From positions 18,851 through 82,850 of IMG/VR virus record IMGVR_UViG_3300026472_000003: 64,000 nucleotides of DNA; one strand, written 5' to 3'. This document shows, one piece after another, positions 1 through 7,369 of this stretch. Made by a program: the position numbers and the translations under genes. Under the pieces are notes generated by a model that was not told the origin of the DNA, searched no databases, and saw nothing but the letters and a program-made list of their open reading frames with translations. This stretch comes from a virus (taxonomy: Duplodnaviria > Heunggongvirae > Uroviricota > Caudoviricetes). How positions within the stretch are numbered: position 1 is the first letter of the stretch; each line of letters begins with the position of its first letter.

Positions 1-1
1 G

Positions 2-1084
2 TTGCTCCAAAACGCGGTGGACACTAAGGACTACGATGTGATTTTTGATACTGACACCATTAAAATCATTTCCCGTGGTGGAAAAATCCCTGTGAATGCA
101 CTTTTACTGGGGAAAACAACCAAAAAAGACGATGACTCCACTATCGGTAAGTTCGGTGAGGGTATGAAGCTCGGATTTCTGGTTCTCAAGCGCCTTGGTG
201 CCAAGATTGTCATGAATAACGAAGGGGATCTGTGGTCTCCTGAGATGGTCATGGATGAAACCTTTGGTGAGAACGTCCTGGCGGTGAATATCGAAGAAGC
301 TGTACTTCCAAAAGTGGAAGGGACAGTCGAGATGACCATTTCCGGCCTGCCGAAAGAAGCCATCACCGAGGTGAGGTCTAAATTCGCGCCGTGCCAAGAC
401 CGTGAGGTGGTCATTGAGAACTCCCGAGGGAAGGTCTACAAGAAAAAAGGTAACCACGAGGTGTGCCACCTGTTTGTTAAGGGTATTTTCGTCACAGAGG
501 TGAAAGGCCGATTCAAGTTTGACTACGACTTCATGCCTGCGGCTTTTGTTCTTGATCGTGACCGTGATACTGCCAGCAATTGGGAAGTAAAACACGAAGC
601 GGCTCGTCTGATAAAGGACTCACCTGACATTTTGCTACTGGCAGAGCTGGCGGCGCAGAATTTTGACGACTTGTCTGAGTTCCGTGGGGAGTTTTCGGAC
701 TACAGCCGTGCCAACCGTGGCAGTAACTACGAAAGCGACGACCCAGACGGACTGAGTCCATTTGAGGACAGGGCCGGACAACTCTTCCGTGAGAAATACG
801 GACACGAGTCCTTCCCGATCAACTCAACATGGGACGCAGCAAAGAAACGTGTTGCAGTTCTTGAGATCACAAAAGCGGGATGGGTTCCGGTGGAAGTAAA
901 ACCAGCCCTGTTTGTGATCTTGGAAAATGAATACCATGTTGACGAGAACATCGAGGCCATGGTAAATTTCAAACCTCTTCCTTTCTTGGAAAAGTTCTTA
1001 AGCAAACACCGCCGAAAGATGTACAGCAAGGCTATTCGTGAGCTAGAGTCCACGATCACTCTGTTGAAGGCCGTGCAGGGATGA
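2..1084 (+). CDS. GHKL (Hsp90/MutL-like) ATPase domain protein, 5' truncated by the window edge
   Basis: N-box (E)LLQNAVD at the window edge; G-box IGKFGEGMKLG; later DRDR motif resembles the SRE-type motif of rIIA/Hsp90-like proteins. Confidence 0.75.
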   Translation: MLQNAVDTKDYDVIFDTDTIKIISRGGKIPVNALLLGKTTKKDDDSTIGKFGEGMKLGFLVLKRLGAKIVMNNEGDLWSPEMVMDETFGENVLAVNIEEAVLPKVEGTVEMTISGLPKEAITEVRSKFAPCQDREVVIENSRGKVYKKKGNHEVCHLFVKGIFVTEVKGRFKFDYDFMPAAFVLDRDRDTASNWEVKHEAARLIKDSPDILLLAELAAQNFDDLSEFRGEFSDYSRANRGSNYESDDPDGLSPFEDRAGQLFREKYGHESFPINSTWDAAKKRVAVLEITKAGWVPVEVKPALFVILENEYHVDENIEAMVNFKPLPFLEKFLSKHRRKMYSKAIRELESTITLLKAVQG

Positions 1085-1371
1085 AGAAATACAGAGGCCC
1101 TAAACCATTGGTTCCGGCAACCCGTCAAGTAGGTATGCACATTACTTGGGCGTGGCACCAGCAAGCCTATGGAAAGGATAGGCGTGAGGCCATCGTGAGA
1201 TGGTTGGAAGAGGATAGTGACAGGTACATCCCTATTAATAAGAAGTATTGCCCTGTGTTAAGGAAAGACCCAGACCTGAAACGAATGCTGAAAGGAGGGG
1301 TGTTGAAAATGCATAAAATACCATGGGGTGGAAGATGCACACTGAGTGTGCTAAGGCTTATGCAACAATGA
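1081..1371 (+). CDS. hypothetical protein
   Basis: ATGA overlap with the upstream gene; 96 aa. Confidence 0.7.
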   Translation: MKKYRGPKPLVPATRQVGMHITWAWHQQAYGKDRREAIVRWLEEDSDRYIPINKKYCPVLRKDPDLKRMLKGGVLKMHKIPWGGRCTLSVLRLMQQ

Positions 1372-1565
1372 CGGTGTATTCAATCAAGGGGCGGATGTCT
1401 ATGGACTCCGGCTCCCGTATGGGAGAGTGGTATCTCCTAAAGAGTGGTGTGCTGGAGGAGGAAGTGAAAGATAAATTCTGGCACTACCGTAAATTCTGGC
1501 GTTTTGTCGAAGTCACTGAGGAGAAAAGCGGTGTAAAACTCCCAGACGACCATTTTTCGAATTAA
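1368..1565 (+). CDS. hypothetical protein
   Basis: ATGA overlap at 1368; start moved from the track's 1323. Confidence 0.65.
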   Translation: MTVYSIKGRMSMDSGSRMGEWYLLKSGVLEEEVKDKFWHYRKFWRFVEVTEEKSGVKLPDDHFSN

Positions 1566-1574
1566 GAGGAAACC

Positions 1575-1946
1575 ATGAGCAGAAAACAACCAAATCCATG
1601 TCCCGACATTGCCAAAAAGGTAAGACCCGCACCCCCGCCAGCCCCTCCGGCGGGGGCTAAGTGTACTTGCGAGGTGAATTGCAAGGGTGTGTTTCGGGAT
1701 TGTCCGGCGGCAACTTCTTTGGAGGGCGGTTACTTTTCTTGGGCGGGAGAATACTACCAAGAGGCCAAAGTTGACGACATCACTGTTACGATAGGCTTGT
1801 GCGACGGTGTTGATATTCAACAACCTGGGGACAACCCAGAGGAACCCGACCTGATTCTCTGCCTTGGGATAGAGAGCCTTAAGAAGCTAAGGATAGTCTT
1901 GCAACAAGCAGAGAAGATAATCGCAAAACGGGAGCTAGTTACATGA
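1575..1946 (+). CDS. hypothetical protein, Pro/Cys-rich N-terminus
   Basis: GAGG RBS; PAPPPAPPAG and CTC/C..C motifs. Confidence 0.7.
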   Translation: MSRKQPNPCPDIAKKVRPAPPPAPPAGAKCTCEVNCKGVFRDCPAATSLEGGYFSWAGEYYQEAKVDDITVTIGLCDGVDIQQPGDNPEEPDLILCLGIESLKKLRIVLQQAEKIIAKRELVT

Positions 1947-2398
1947 AACACTGCAATAATTGCTCAAAATGTTGTGAGTTGATCATGCTTGACGGGGTAT
2001 CACCTGCGGACGTGGAGGATAAACACAGGCGCGGTGCCATTGACAAGATTTATGTTGAGATACTGGCCCCTATTTCCAGAGCCGAGGCGTTACAGAAGAA
2101 CGAGGCCGCTGTGTTGGAGAGAGAGAAACACAATCTGAGTATGACCTCTGCCCGTGGGCTACCACCACGGGAAGTCTTCTTCTACTCTTGCCCGAAGCTG
2201 GTGAACGGGCGTTGCTCTGAATACGACCGACGACCAAGCATGTGCTCAACATACCCTTTCAGGCCGAACGAGGCGTCCCTTTCTGAGGACTACAACTCAC
2301 ATGCTTGGCTATCTAAGCGGCAGTATGTTATAAATGAGCCAAGGTACTCGAATAATTGCTCCTATTTACCTGGGATGATTCCAGTGGTGAATCTATGA
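1943..2398 (+). CDS. YkgJ/CxxCxxCC family Zn- or Fe-S-chelating protein
   Basis: CNNCSKCC at the N-terminus; CPKLVNGRCSEYDRRPSMCSTYPF at the C-terminus. Confidence 0.8.
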   Translation: MKHCNNCSKCCELIMLDGVSPADVEDKHRRGAIDKIYVEILAPISRAEALQKNEAAVLEREKHNLSMTSARGLPPREVFFYSCPKLVNGRCSEYDRRPSMCSTYPFRPNEASLSEDYNSHAWLSKRQYVINEPRYSNNCSYLPGMIPVVNL

Positions 2399-2706
2399 TT
2401 GAATATGACGTGCTGGATGGCTCCAGCAAGGGAACGAAGAAGCGGATATTCCAACTTATCTGCAAGTACCACAGTTTGCTAAGTCACTACCAAGACACTT
2501 GGTGCTCATTGTTCAAATCTGACGGGTACAAAAAGGCAGAAAAAGTCAGGACGCAGGTGTCGAAACATCTGGTAAGATTTATCCGCAAGGCCTACCCTGG
2601 GGTAACTCTCTGGGACGTGGATTTTATGGGGAGTAAGCGACTGACTGATGTACAGCAATGTCGCAGGCAGAAATTCTTGTTGAAAATAACCAAAAAGGAT
2701 GTATGA
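2395..2706 (+). CDS. hypothetical protein
   Basis: ATGA overlap at 2395. Confidence 0.65.
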   Translation: MIEYDVLDGSSKGTKKRIFQLICKYHSLLSHYQDTWCSLFKSDGYKKAEKVRTQVSKHLVRFIRKAYPGVTLWDVDFMGSKRLTDVQQCRRQKFLLKITKKDV

Positions 2707-3083
2707 TGGGCCGACCGACATCGCCTACAGACTGCATAAGCAGGTTCCCAGAGTCAAATGTTAGAATGAGGGCCGCTTGGGGGTTAAATCCTAAGTCACA
2801 ACAGGAGGTTGTGATCCTAAGGGCTGGCAAAGATAAAAGTGAGAAGTGGCTATTCAGTTGGTTTACTCTGTGTGGTGCAAGACTCTATTGCCGAGAAGAA
2901 GGGCGACATCACTCAACCCTTATCAACTGGGATAAAGGTGACCAACTTTTCCTGAACAACAAAGAGGCAAACATCCAGATTGTTTACAACGCAATCTGTG
3001 AAAAGGCGAGGCTGGATACCAGATCCGAAGAACTACAAAAACTCATAGAAGAAAAACTTGAGGAAATTAAGAATGAAAACTAA
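2703..3083 (+). CDS. hypothetical protein
   Basis: ATGA overlap at 2703; AAGGA RBS. Confidence 0.65.
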   Translation: MMGRPTSPTDCISRFPESNVRMRAAWGLNPKSQQEVVILRAGKDKSEKWLFSWFTLCGARLYCREEGRHHSTLINWDKGDQLFLNNKEANIQIVYNAICEKARLDTRSEELQKLIEEKLEEIKNEN

Positions 3084-3240
3084 AACACCAGAAGCCATAG
3101 CTCGGGCAGAAGAACGAAAGAAAGCAAGGGCCGAAGAGCGGAGACTTGAAAAGCTGGCCCAGCAAAGGCTTTTCAATTTTGCGAAAGGCAGTGGCAACTA
3201 CTACGACCCACATGTTTACTTACAAACAACGAGAGGATAA
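3073..3240 (+). CDS. small basic hypothetical protein
   Basis: GAGG upstream; tightly packed in the operon. Confidence 0.6.
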   Translation: MKTKTPEAIARAEERKKARAEERRLEKLAQQRLFNFAKGSGNYYDPHVYLQTTRG

Positions 3241-3242
3241 CC

Positions 3243-3425
3243 ATGAAACTGTATAAATCTACCCGCACTGGACGCTACTACACCGTGAAGGACAACGCTG
3301 ATATGTCCTCTATTTTCCTACAAGGTATTGATATCTCCTCGGGTCGTCGCGGGAACATCGCAGCCGCCGCCGGGGCAGGTCAGCTTGTACTGATCGGCAT
3401 CAACTATGAAGCCTACGGGAAGTAG
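3243..3425 (+). CDS. hypothetical protein, paralogue of 3432-3620
   Basis: GAGGA RBS; LYKSTRTGRYY...LVLIGINY pattern shared with the next ORF. Confidence 0.65.
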   Translation: MKLYKSTRTGRYYTVKDNADMSSIFLQGIDISSGRRGNIAAAAGAGQLVLIGINYEAYGK

Positions 3426-3431
3426 ACGGAT

Positions 3432-3620
3432 ATGGACTCAGGGGTCAATCTTTATCGGAACAGTCAAACAGGATTCTTCTACCTGATCCGGTCTGATTTT
3501 AAAATGACTGACAGGGAAGTCCACGGCCTGAACTTGGACTCATTGCTTCCTCAGGATGTGGCCGACGCGGCGAATATGGGCCTTCTTACCCTGGTGGCTA
3601 AGAACTGGAGGATGGTGTGA
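3432..3620 (+). CDS. hypothetical protein, paralogue of 3243-3425
   Basis: LYRNSQTGFFY...LTLVAKNW. Confidence 0.65.
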   Translation: MDSGVNLYRNSQTGFFYLIRSDFKMTDREVHGLNLDSLLPQDVADAANMGLLTLVAKNWRMV

Positions 3621-3787
3621 AAAAGAAAAAGGGCTTTCATAATTCGCCGGAAGATTTTGACTATCACCTTTGGGGGTGGAAGGATTACCTTTGGCAGTGG
3701 ATGAACATCTTGGGGTGGGTGGTAGTCGGATTCGGTATCTTTGTGATAATCGTGTCATTATTAGAAAGAAACCTGTTGACACCATAA
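3617..3787 (+). CDS. small membrane protein (56 aa, not in the ORF track)
   Basis: GTGA overlap after GGAGG; manual translation MKKKKGFHN...WMNILGWVVVGFGIFVIIVSLLERNLLTP with one TM helix. Confidence 0.55.
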   Translation: MKKKKGFHNSPEDFDYHLWGWKDYLWQWMNILGWVVVGFGIFVIIVSLLERNLLTP

Positions 3788-3804
3788 ACTGACTCCCGTA
3801 TCAT
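3776..3804 (+). promoter_or_regulatory. sigma70-type promoter
   Basis: TTGACA-17 nt-TATCAT, upstream of the AAGGAG RBS at ~3830. Confidence 0.8.
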
Positions 3805-3840
3805 CCACACATCAACCAAATAATCTCACAAGGAGACAGT

Positions 3841-3993
3841 ATGGACTTATTTACCGGATTGCTTTTACTATTGGCTAACATTTTCTGCGGGGTGAGCATG
3901 GTAACCAGTCCTGAACCCCACCGTAAAATCTTGGGGATGTTCAACTTCTTTGCTTGCGGTCTAATTGTTGCCGCTATGGTGATTACATCGTGA
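3841..3993 (+). CDS. small two-TM membrane protein (50 aa, not in the ORF track)
   Basis: AAGGAG RBS; MDLFTGLLLLLANIFCGVSM...FNFFACGLIVAAMVITS. Confidence 0.65.
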   Translation: MDLFTGLLLLLANIFCGVSMVTSPEPHRKILGMFNFFACGLIVAAMVITS

Positions 3994-4178
3994 TTATTTT
4001 AATGGCATTCTTGTGGGGTTTGATGGCTGTGGTCTCTATGGCCTCTTCGGTACTGTCTTTCAATTTGTGGAAAGACTATGGTGGTAGAGGCAATGTTTGC
4101 CAGGGGGTTGTGATGGCTGGGGTGAGTGTGGCATCACTAGTGATAATGGTTGCCGTGATTGTCAAGGCGGTGGCATGA
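3990..4178 (+). CDS. small two-TM membrane protein
   Basis: GTGA overlap; two hydrophobic segments. Confidence 0.6.
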   Translation: MIILMAFLWGLMAVVSMASSVLSFNLWKDYGGRGNVCQGVVMAGVSVASLVIMVAVIVKAVA

Positions 4179-4357
4179 GGGCCTTCTGGTTTTCTGTAGC
4201 CGTACTGTCATTCAGCATCGCCTCCGGCGGGGCCATGAGAGAATACGTCAAGAACGGAGATAGCTGGCAGCTCATATGGTCTTTGTGCAACTTCGGCGGA
4301 GCCGCCTTTGCGATGTTCTTACTGATCCACACTTTGGATGAGAAAAAAGATGTGTAG
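4175..4357 (+). CDS. small two-TM membrane protein
   Basis: ATGA overlap at 4175 (MRAFWFSVAV...). Confidence 0.6.
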   Translation: MRAFWFSVAVLSFSIASGGAMREYVKNGDSWQLIWSLCNFGGAAFAMFLLIHTLDEKKDV

Positions 4358-4571
4358 CTGCCCCCGTTGTGGAAACGGGTCTGCAACAGCCAGTGTAACA
4401 GAAAAATACGACTGGACAGTCGATTTCTCAGGAGTTCCGTTTGGAACATCCAACAACAGGGTCATCGCTGGAGGTCGAAAATTTCTTTGCGATACCTGCG
4501 GGGAGAACGTGTCTACTCTCATTAGAAAAAAAAAACACCGACAAAATACTGAAAATAGGAAGCAGCCATGA
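4350..4571 (+). CDS. zinc-ribbon protein
   Basis: CPRC...CDTC; alternative start at 4338. Confidence 0.6.
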   Translation: MCSCPRCGNGSATASVTEKYDWTVDFSGVPFGTSNNRVIAGGRKFLCDTCGENVSTLIRKKKHRQNTENRKQP

Positions 4572-4864
4572 ATCCCTATAAGACTCTGGGTAAGGAGAGA
4601 CTCTTGGAGTTTCATAACGATTGTCTTGAGGCCGCAAACAAATGCCCTCAGCACAACTATGACCCATTTGAGGATGTAGACATTCTCCGTGGAGAGGTCA
4701 AGAAATCTGCGGTTGTAAAGTTATGGTCAGAGGATAGCACACTCTGGAGCTTTGGATACTCCGAAGAGCTGAGTGAGGAATCGGTAGCCATCATTATGGC
4801 CTTCCGTGTGAAACAAGCGAAGAAACAAATGAAGAAGCTCGGGAGAGATGATGAAGACGAATGA
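4568..4864 (+). CDS. hypothetical protein
   Basis: ATGA overlap; AGGA RBS. Confidence 0.65.
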   Translation: MNPYKTLGKERLLEFHNDCLEAANKCPQHNYDPFEDVDILRGEVKKSAVVKLWSEDSTLWSFGYSEELSEESVAIIMAFRVKQAKKQMKKLGRDDEDE

Positions 4865-5135
4865 ACCAAGCAATCTTGTCCTTATTATCGTGATGCTCAC
4901 CGTCCTTGTTGTCGGGGTAATCGGCGTGAACATATCCAGAGAAATGCTTGATACGATAATGTCAGGCTTGGCCGCTTGGTGTGTGGTCATCCTGTGCATC
5001 GCCTCTTGGCTAATCTGCTTCTGCTGTCGGATAGACATCTTCTATCGCCTACTCGCAGCTTTGGTGGCCTGCTCATTAGGTGGAGTGGCGGGGGTTCTCA
5101 TCATAGGCACCTACAGACTGTGGTCAGCACTTTAA
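4848..5135 (+). CDS. three-TM membrane protein
   Basis: three hydrophobic stretches; GGGAG RBS. Confidence 0.65.
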   Translation: MMKTNEPSNLVLIIVMLTVLVVGVIGVNISREMLDTIMSGLAAWCVVILCIASWLICFCCRIDIFYRLLAALVACSLGGVAGVLIIGTYRLWSAL

Positions 5136-5154
5136 CAAAACTCATGGCTCATGG

Positions 5155-5180
5155 AGCCGCCTAACGGGCGGCTTTGTTGT
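5155..5180 (+). terminator. intrinsic terminator
   Basis: AGCCGCC-taacg-GGCGGCT followed by TTGTTGT. Confidence 0.65.
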
Positions 5181-5208
5181 ATCCAAACACACAAAGGGAA
5201 TATGCACT

Positions 5209-5520
5209 ATGGTGGCCCATGCCTGGAACGTACCAAAACAGTATAAAAGACCACAACAAAACATGGGTGTTCAACGGCTCAACGATCTGGAGTGCGTAGG
5301 AATCCAAGCTCAATTAATAGCCCTCAGTTGCAGTAAAGGTGTACAGTGGTACGGCATATACGATAGGCATGACGTATGCGACGTCTTGGACAGCTACCAA
5401 AAACTCAGGTTAAGTGTGAAGGCTCTTGGCGAGCTTCTTCCTTGGGAAGATGTATACCTGAGGTCTCTTTTCCGAGGGGTTGTGTCCCTGAGGGACAGCC
5501 ACCTTCCGTCGTGTCGATAA
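5209..5520 (+). CDS. hypothetical protein
   Basis: 103 aa; AGGGA upstream. Confidence 0.6.
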   Translation: MVAHAWNVPKQYKRPQQNMGVQRLNDLECVGIQAQLIALSCSKGVQWYGIYDRHDVCDVLDSYQKLRLSVKALGELLPWEDVYLRSLFRGVVSLRDSHLPSCR

Positions 5521-5746
5521 AACACCAAAATGTGTACATGTCTTCGTAACGTGTACACGCCATAAGCATATCCCAAAAACTATCTCATCGACATGCGTAA
5601 TGTCCCATCTGTCCCTCCATCTGCTGGCCCCGCCAGCATCTGAACACCCTGCGTAATGGCTCGTCTCTTCACCATCTTCTTTGTTGACAAGGCCCATCTT
5701 TTGAGTGTACATTCTTTATAATAACCAACAAACACACGGAGAAAAC

Positions 5747-6196
5747 ATGACACCAACACACGATGTTCTCATCCACAGGATTGCCCAAAGTCCCGTCAGT
5801 GGAGACGAAGACCCCAAGAAAATACTGGTCGTCTATCCTGAGCACATGGATACAGACCTGCCACCTGGCGGTCTTCGCTTCGCCTACCGACTGAACACTT
5901 TCAAGTTCCTCAATGAGAACTGTCGTTTCGTCAGGGCCATAGGTGGGATGAGACTGCACGGTCTTATCATTGAAGAAGGTGTGACGATGACTGCCCACAC
6001 AGATATGGAGTATTTCCTGACCAGGCTCTATACTGACACTCCCGACATCATGTTGATGAGTGTGGAACAGGCGAAGATGTTCAGGCGTGTTGTTGAGAGT
6101 AAACTCTATTCACTGGAATCTTCTGGTCGATACACAGCTTACTTGGAAACATACATGCGTAATGTCCTCAGTCGGATAACCACACATCCGGCTTAA
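5747..6196 (+). CDS. hypothetical protein
   Basis: GGAG RBS before ATG 5747 (MTPTHDV...). Confidence 0.6.
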   Translation: MTPTHDVLIHRIAQSPVSGDEDPKKILVVYPEHMDTDLPPGGLRFAYRLNTFKFLNENCRFVRAIGGMRLHGLIIEEGVTMTAHTDMEYFLTRLYTDTPDIMLMSVEQAKMFRRVVESKLYSLESSGRYTAYLETYMRNVLSRITTHPA

Positions 6197-6375
6197 CGCC
6201 CGTCTAATGTCCCGTCCTCCAGGCGCGACACCCCGCCCCCGCCTCTGAGCGGGGCCTCCTCAGTGACCCTCTCTTTCCTTATCCAAAACAACTTCCTTAT
6301 CTGAACAGCTAAGGTAATGATTCAAGGTATCCAAAAAACACAAAAAGGAAAACCGCCAAATGGCGGTCTACGACT

Positions 6376-7368
6376 TCATTCCAACAAGCCCTCTGCCGAG
6401 GTACAGGAGTCAACTATCTTCTGATAATCCTCAACTGTAAATGTTTCTGTGTGACCGTCTGGTAACCACTCAGGTAAGCAGATGCTTCTCTGGAATGTAT
6501 CCTTTATTTTCTTTTCTGCCAGGGCCGCTTCAACCCTTGTTTTGAATTTAAACACACGTAAAACCTTATGCTTGAACATCCCCATCTTCTGTTGTTGTTT
6601 CAATCTTGTTTTTGTGTCGTTAGATATCCCAACTTTCAGACACTTGAAGAAAGGGGCGTACAACTCTTGAATGTAGAGTTCACAAGATGATGTCTCAGGT
6701 TTCAGGTTTATCGTTTCCTTTTTCGGGGTGGTTGGTTTATTTTTCCTTTGTTTTTCATTGGTGTATTTGGGAGTGCAGACAACATCCCAGTTATGGAGGC
6801 GGTCAAGAGGGGTGTTCTTTAAACACAGAACATTCACCGCCTTGTCTACACTGTCGACAATTAGATCCTTGCCGCAGGCAGGGCATTTTCCCACCATTCG
6901 GGTGAATGTAGGATGTGGCCCACCGAATATCCCCAAGCTAAGAGCGAGGGGTATGTCAGCCTCCTCCCAAAACCTTTTCTTCATCTCTACCACAGCGTAT
7001 TCAAACCCCTCCTTTAATGACCGCATACCTAAAGTGATTTGATGATAGGTGGTGTGGAAAAGGTTGACTTGTTGGTGAGACTGGGATGTCCTACTGTGTA
7101 TATGGTAAGGTATGTTCACCAAAGTAAGGTCACCAAAACGATCAACAACTGCGTATTCCCAACCATTTGATGATAGGTAGGGTATTGGTTCCCCAACAAA
7201 AGAGAATATCCCCAAGTCTCTGGCAAGACTAGCCCTCTCCTCTTTTGTTGCTTCGGACAAGATTTCTCTTATAGCCAACCTTGAGACTTCTGTGAAGTAC
7301 CAGTTACCTCTATCTTCATCATACTCCTTATCCAGCTTCTCTATCCTATCTGACAGTATGGACATCAT
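6376..7368 (-). CDS. GIY-YIG superfamily (T5orf172-like) endonuclease with a long N-terminal region and a CPAC Zn knuckle
   Basis: C-terminal LYIQ...LKVGISNDTKTRLKQ...EAALAEKKIK...DGHTETF; AAGGGG RBS. Confidence 0.65.
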   Translation of the reverse strand: MMSILSDRIEKLDKEYDEDRGNWYFTEVSRLAIREILSEATKEERASLARDLGIFSFVGEPIPYLSSNGWEYAVVDRFGDLTLVNIPYHIHSRTSQSHQQVNLFHTTYHQITLGMRSLKEGFEYAVVEMKKRFWEEADIPLALSLGIFGGPHPTFTRMVGKCPACGKDLIVDSVDKAVNVLCLKNTPLDRLHNWDVVCTPKYTNEKQRKNKPTTPKKETINLKPETSSCELYIQELYAPFFKCLKVGISNDTKTRLKQQQKMGMFKHKVLRVFKFKTRVEAALAEKKIKDTFQRSICLPEWLPDGHTETFTVEDYQKIVDSCTSAEGLLE

Positions 7369-7369
7369 T

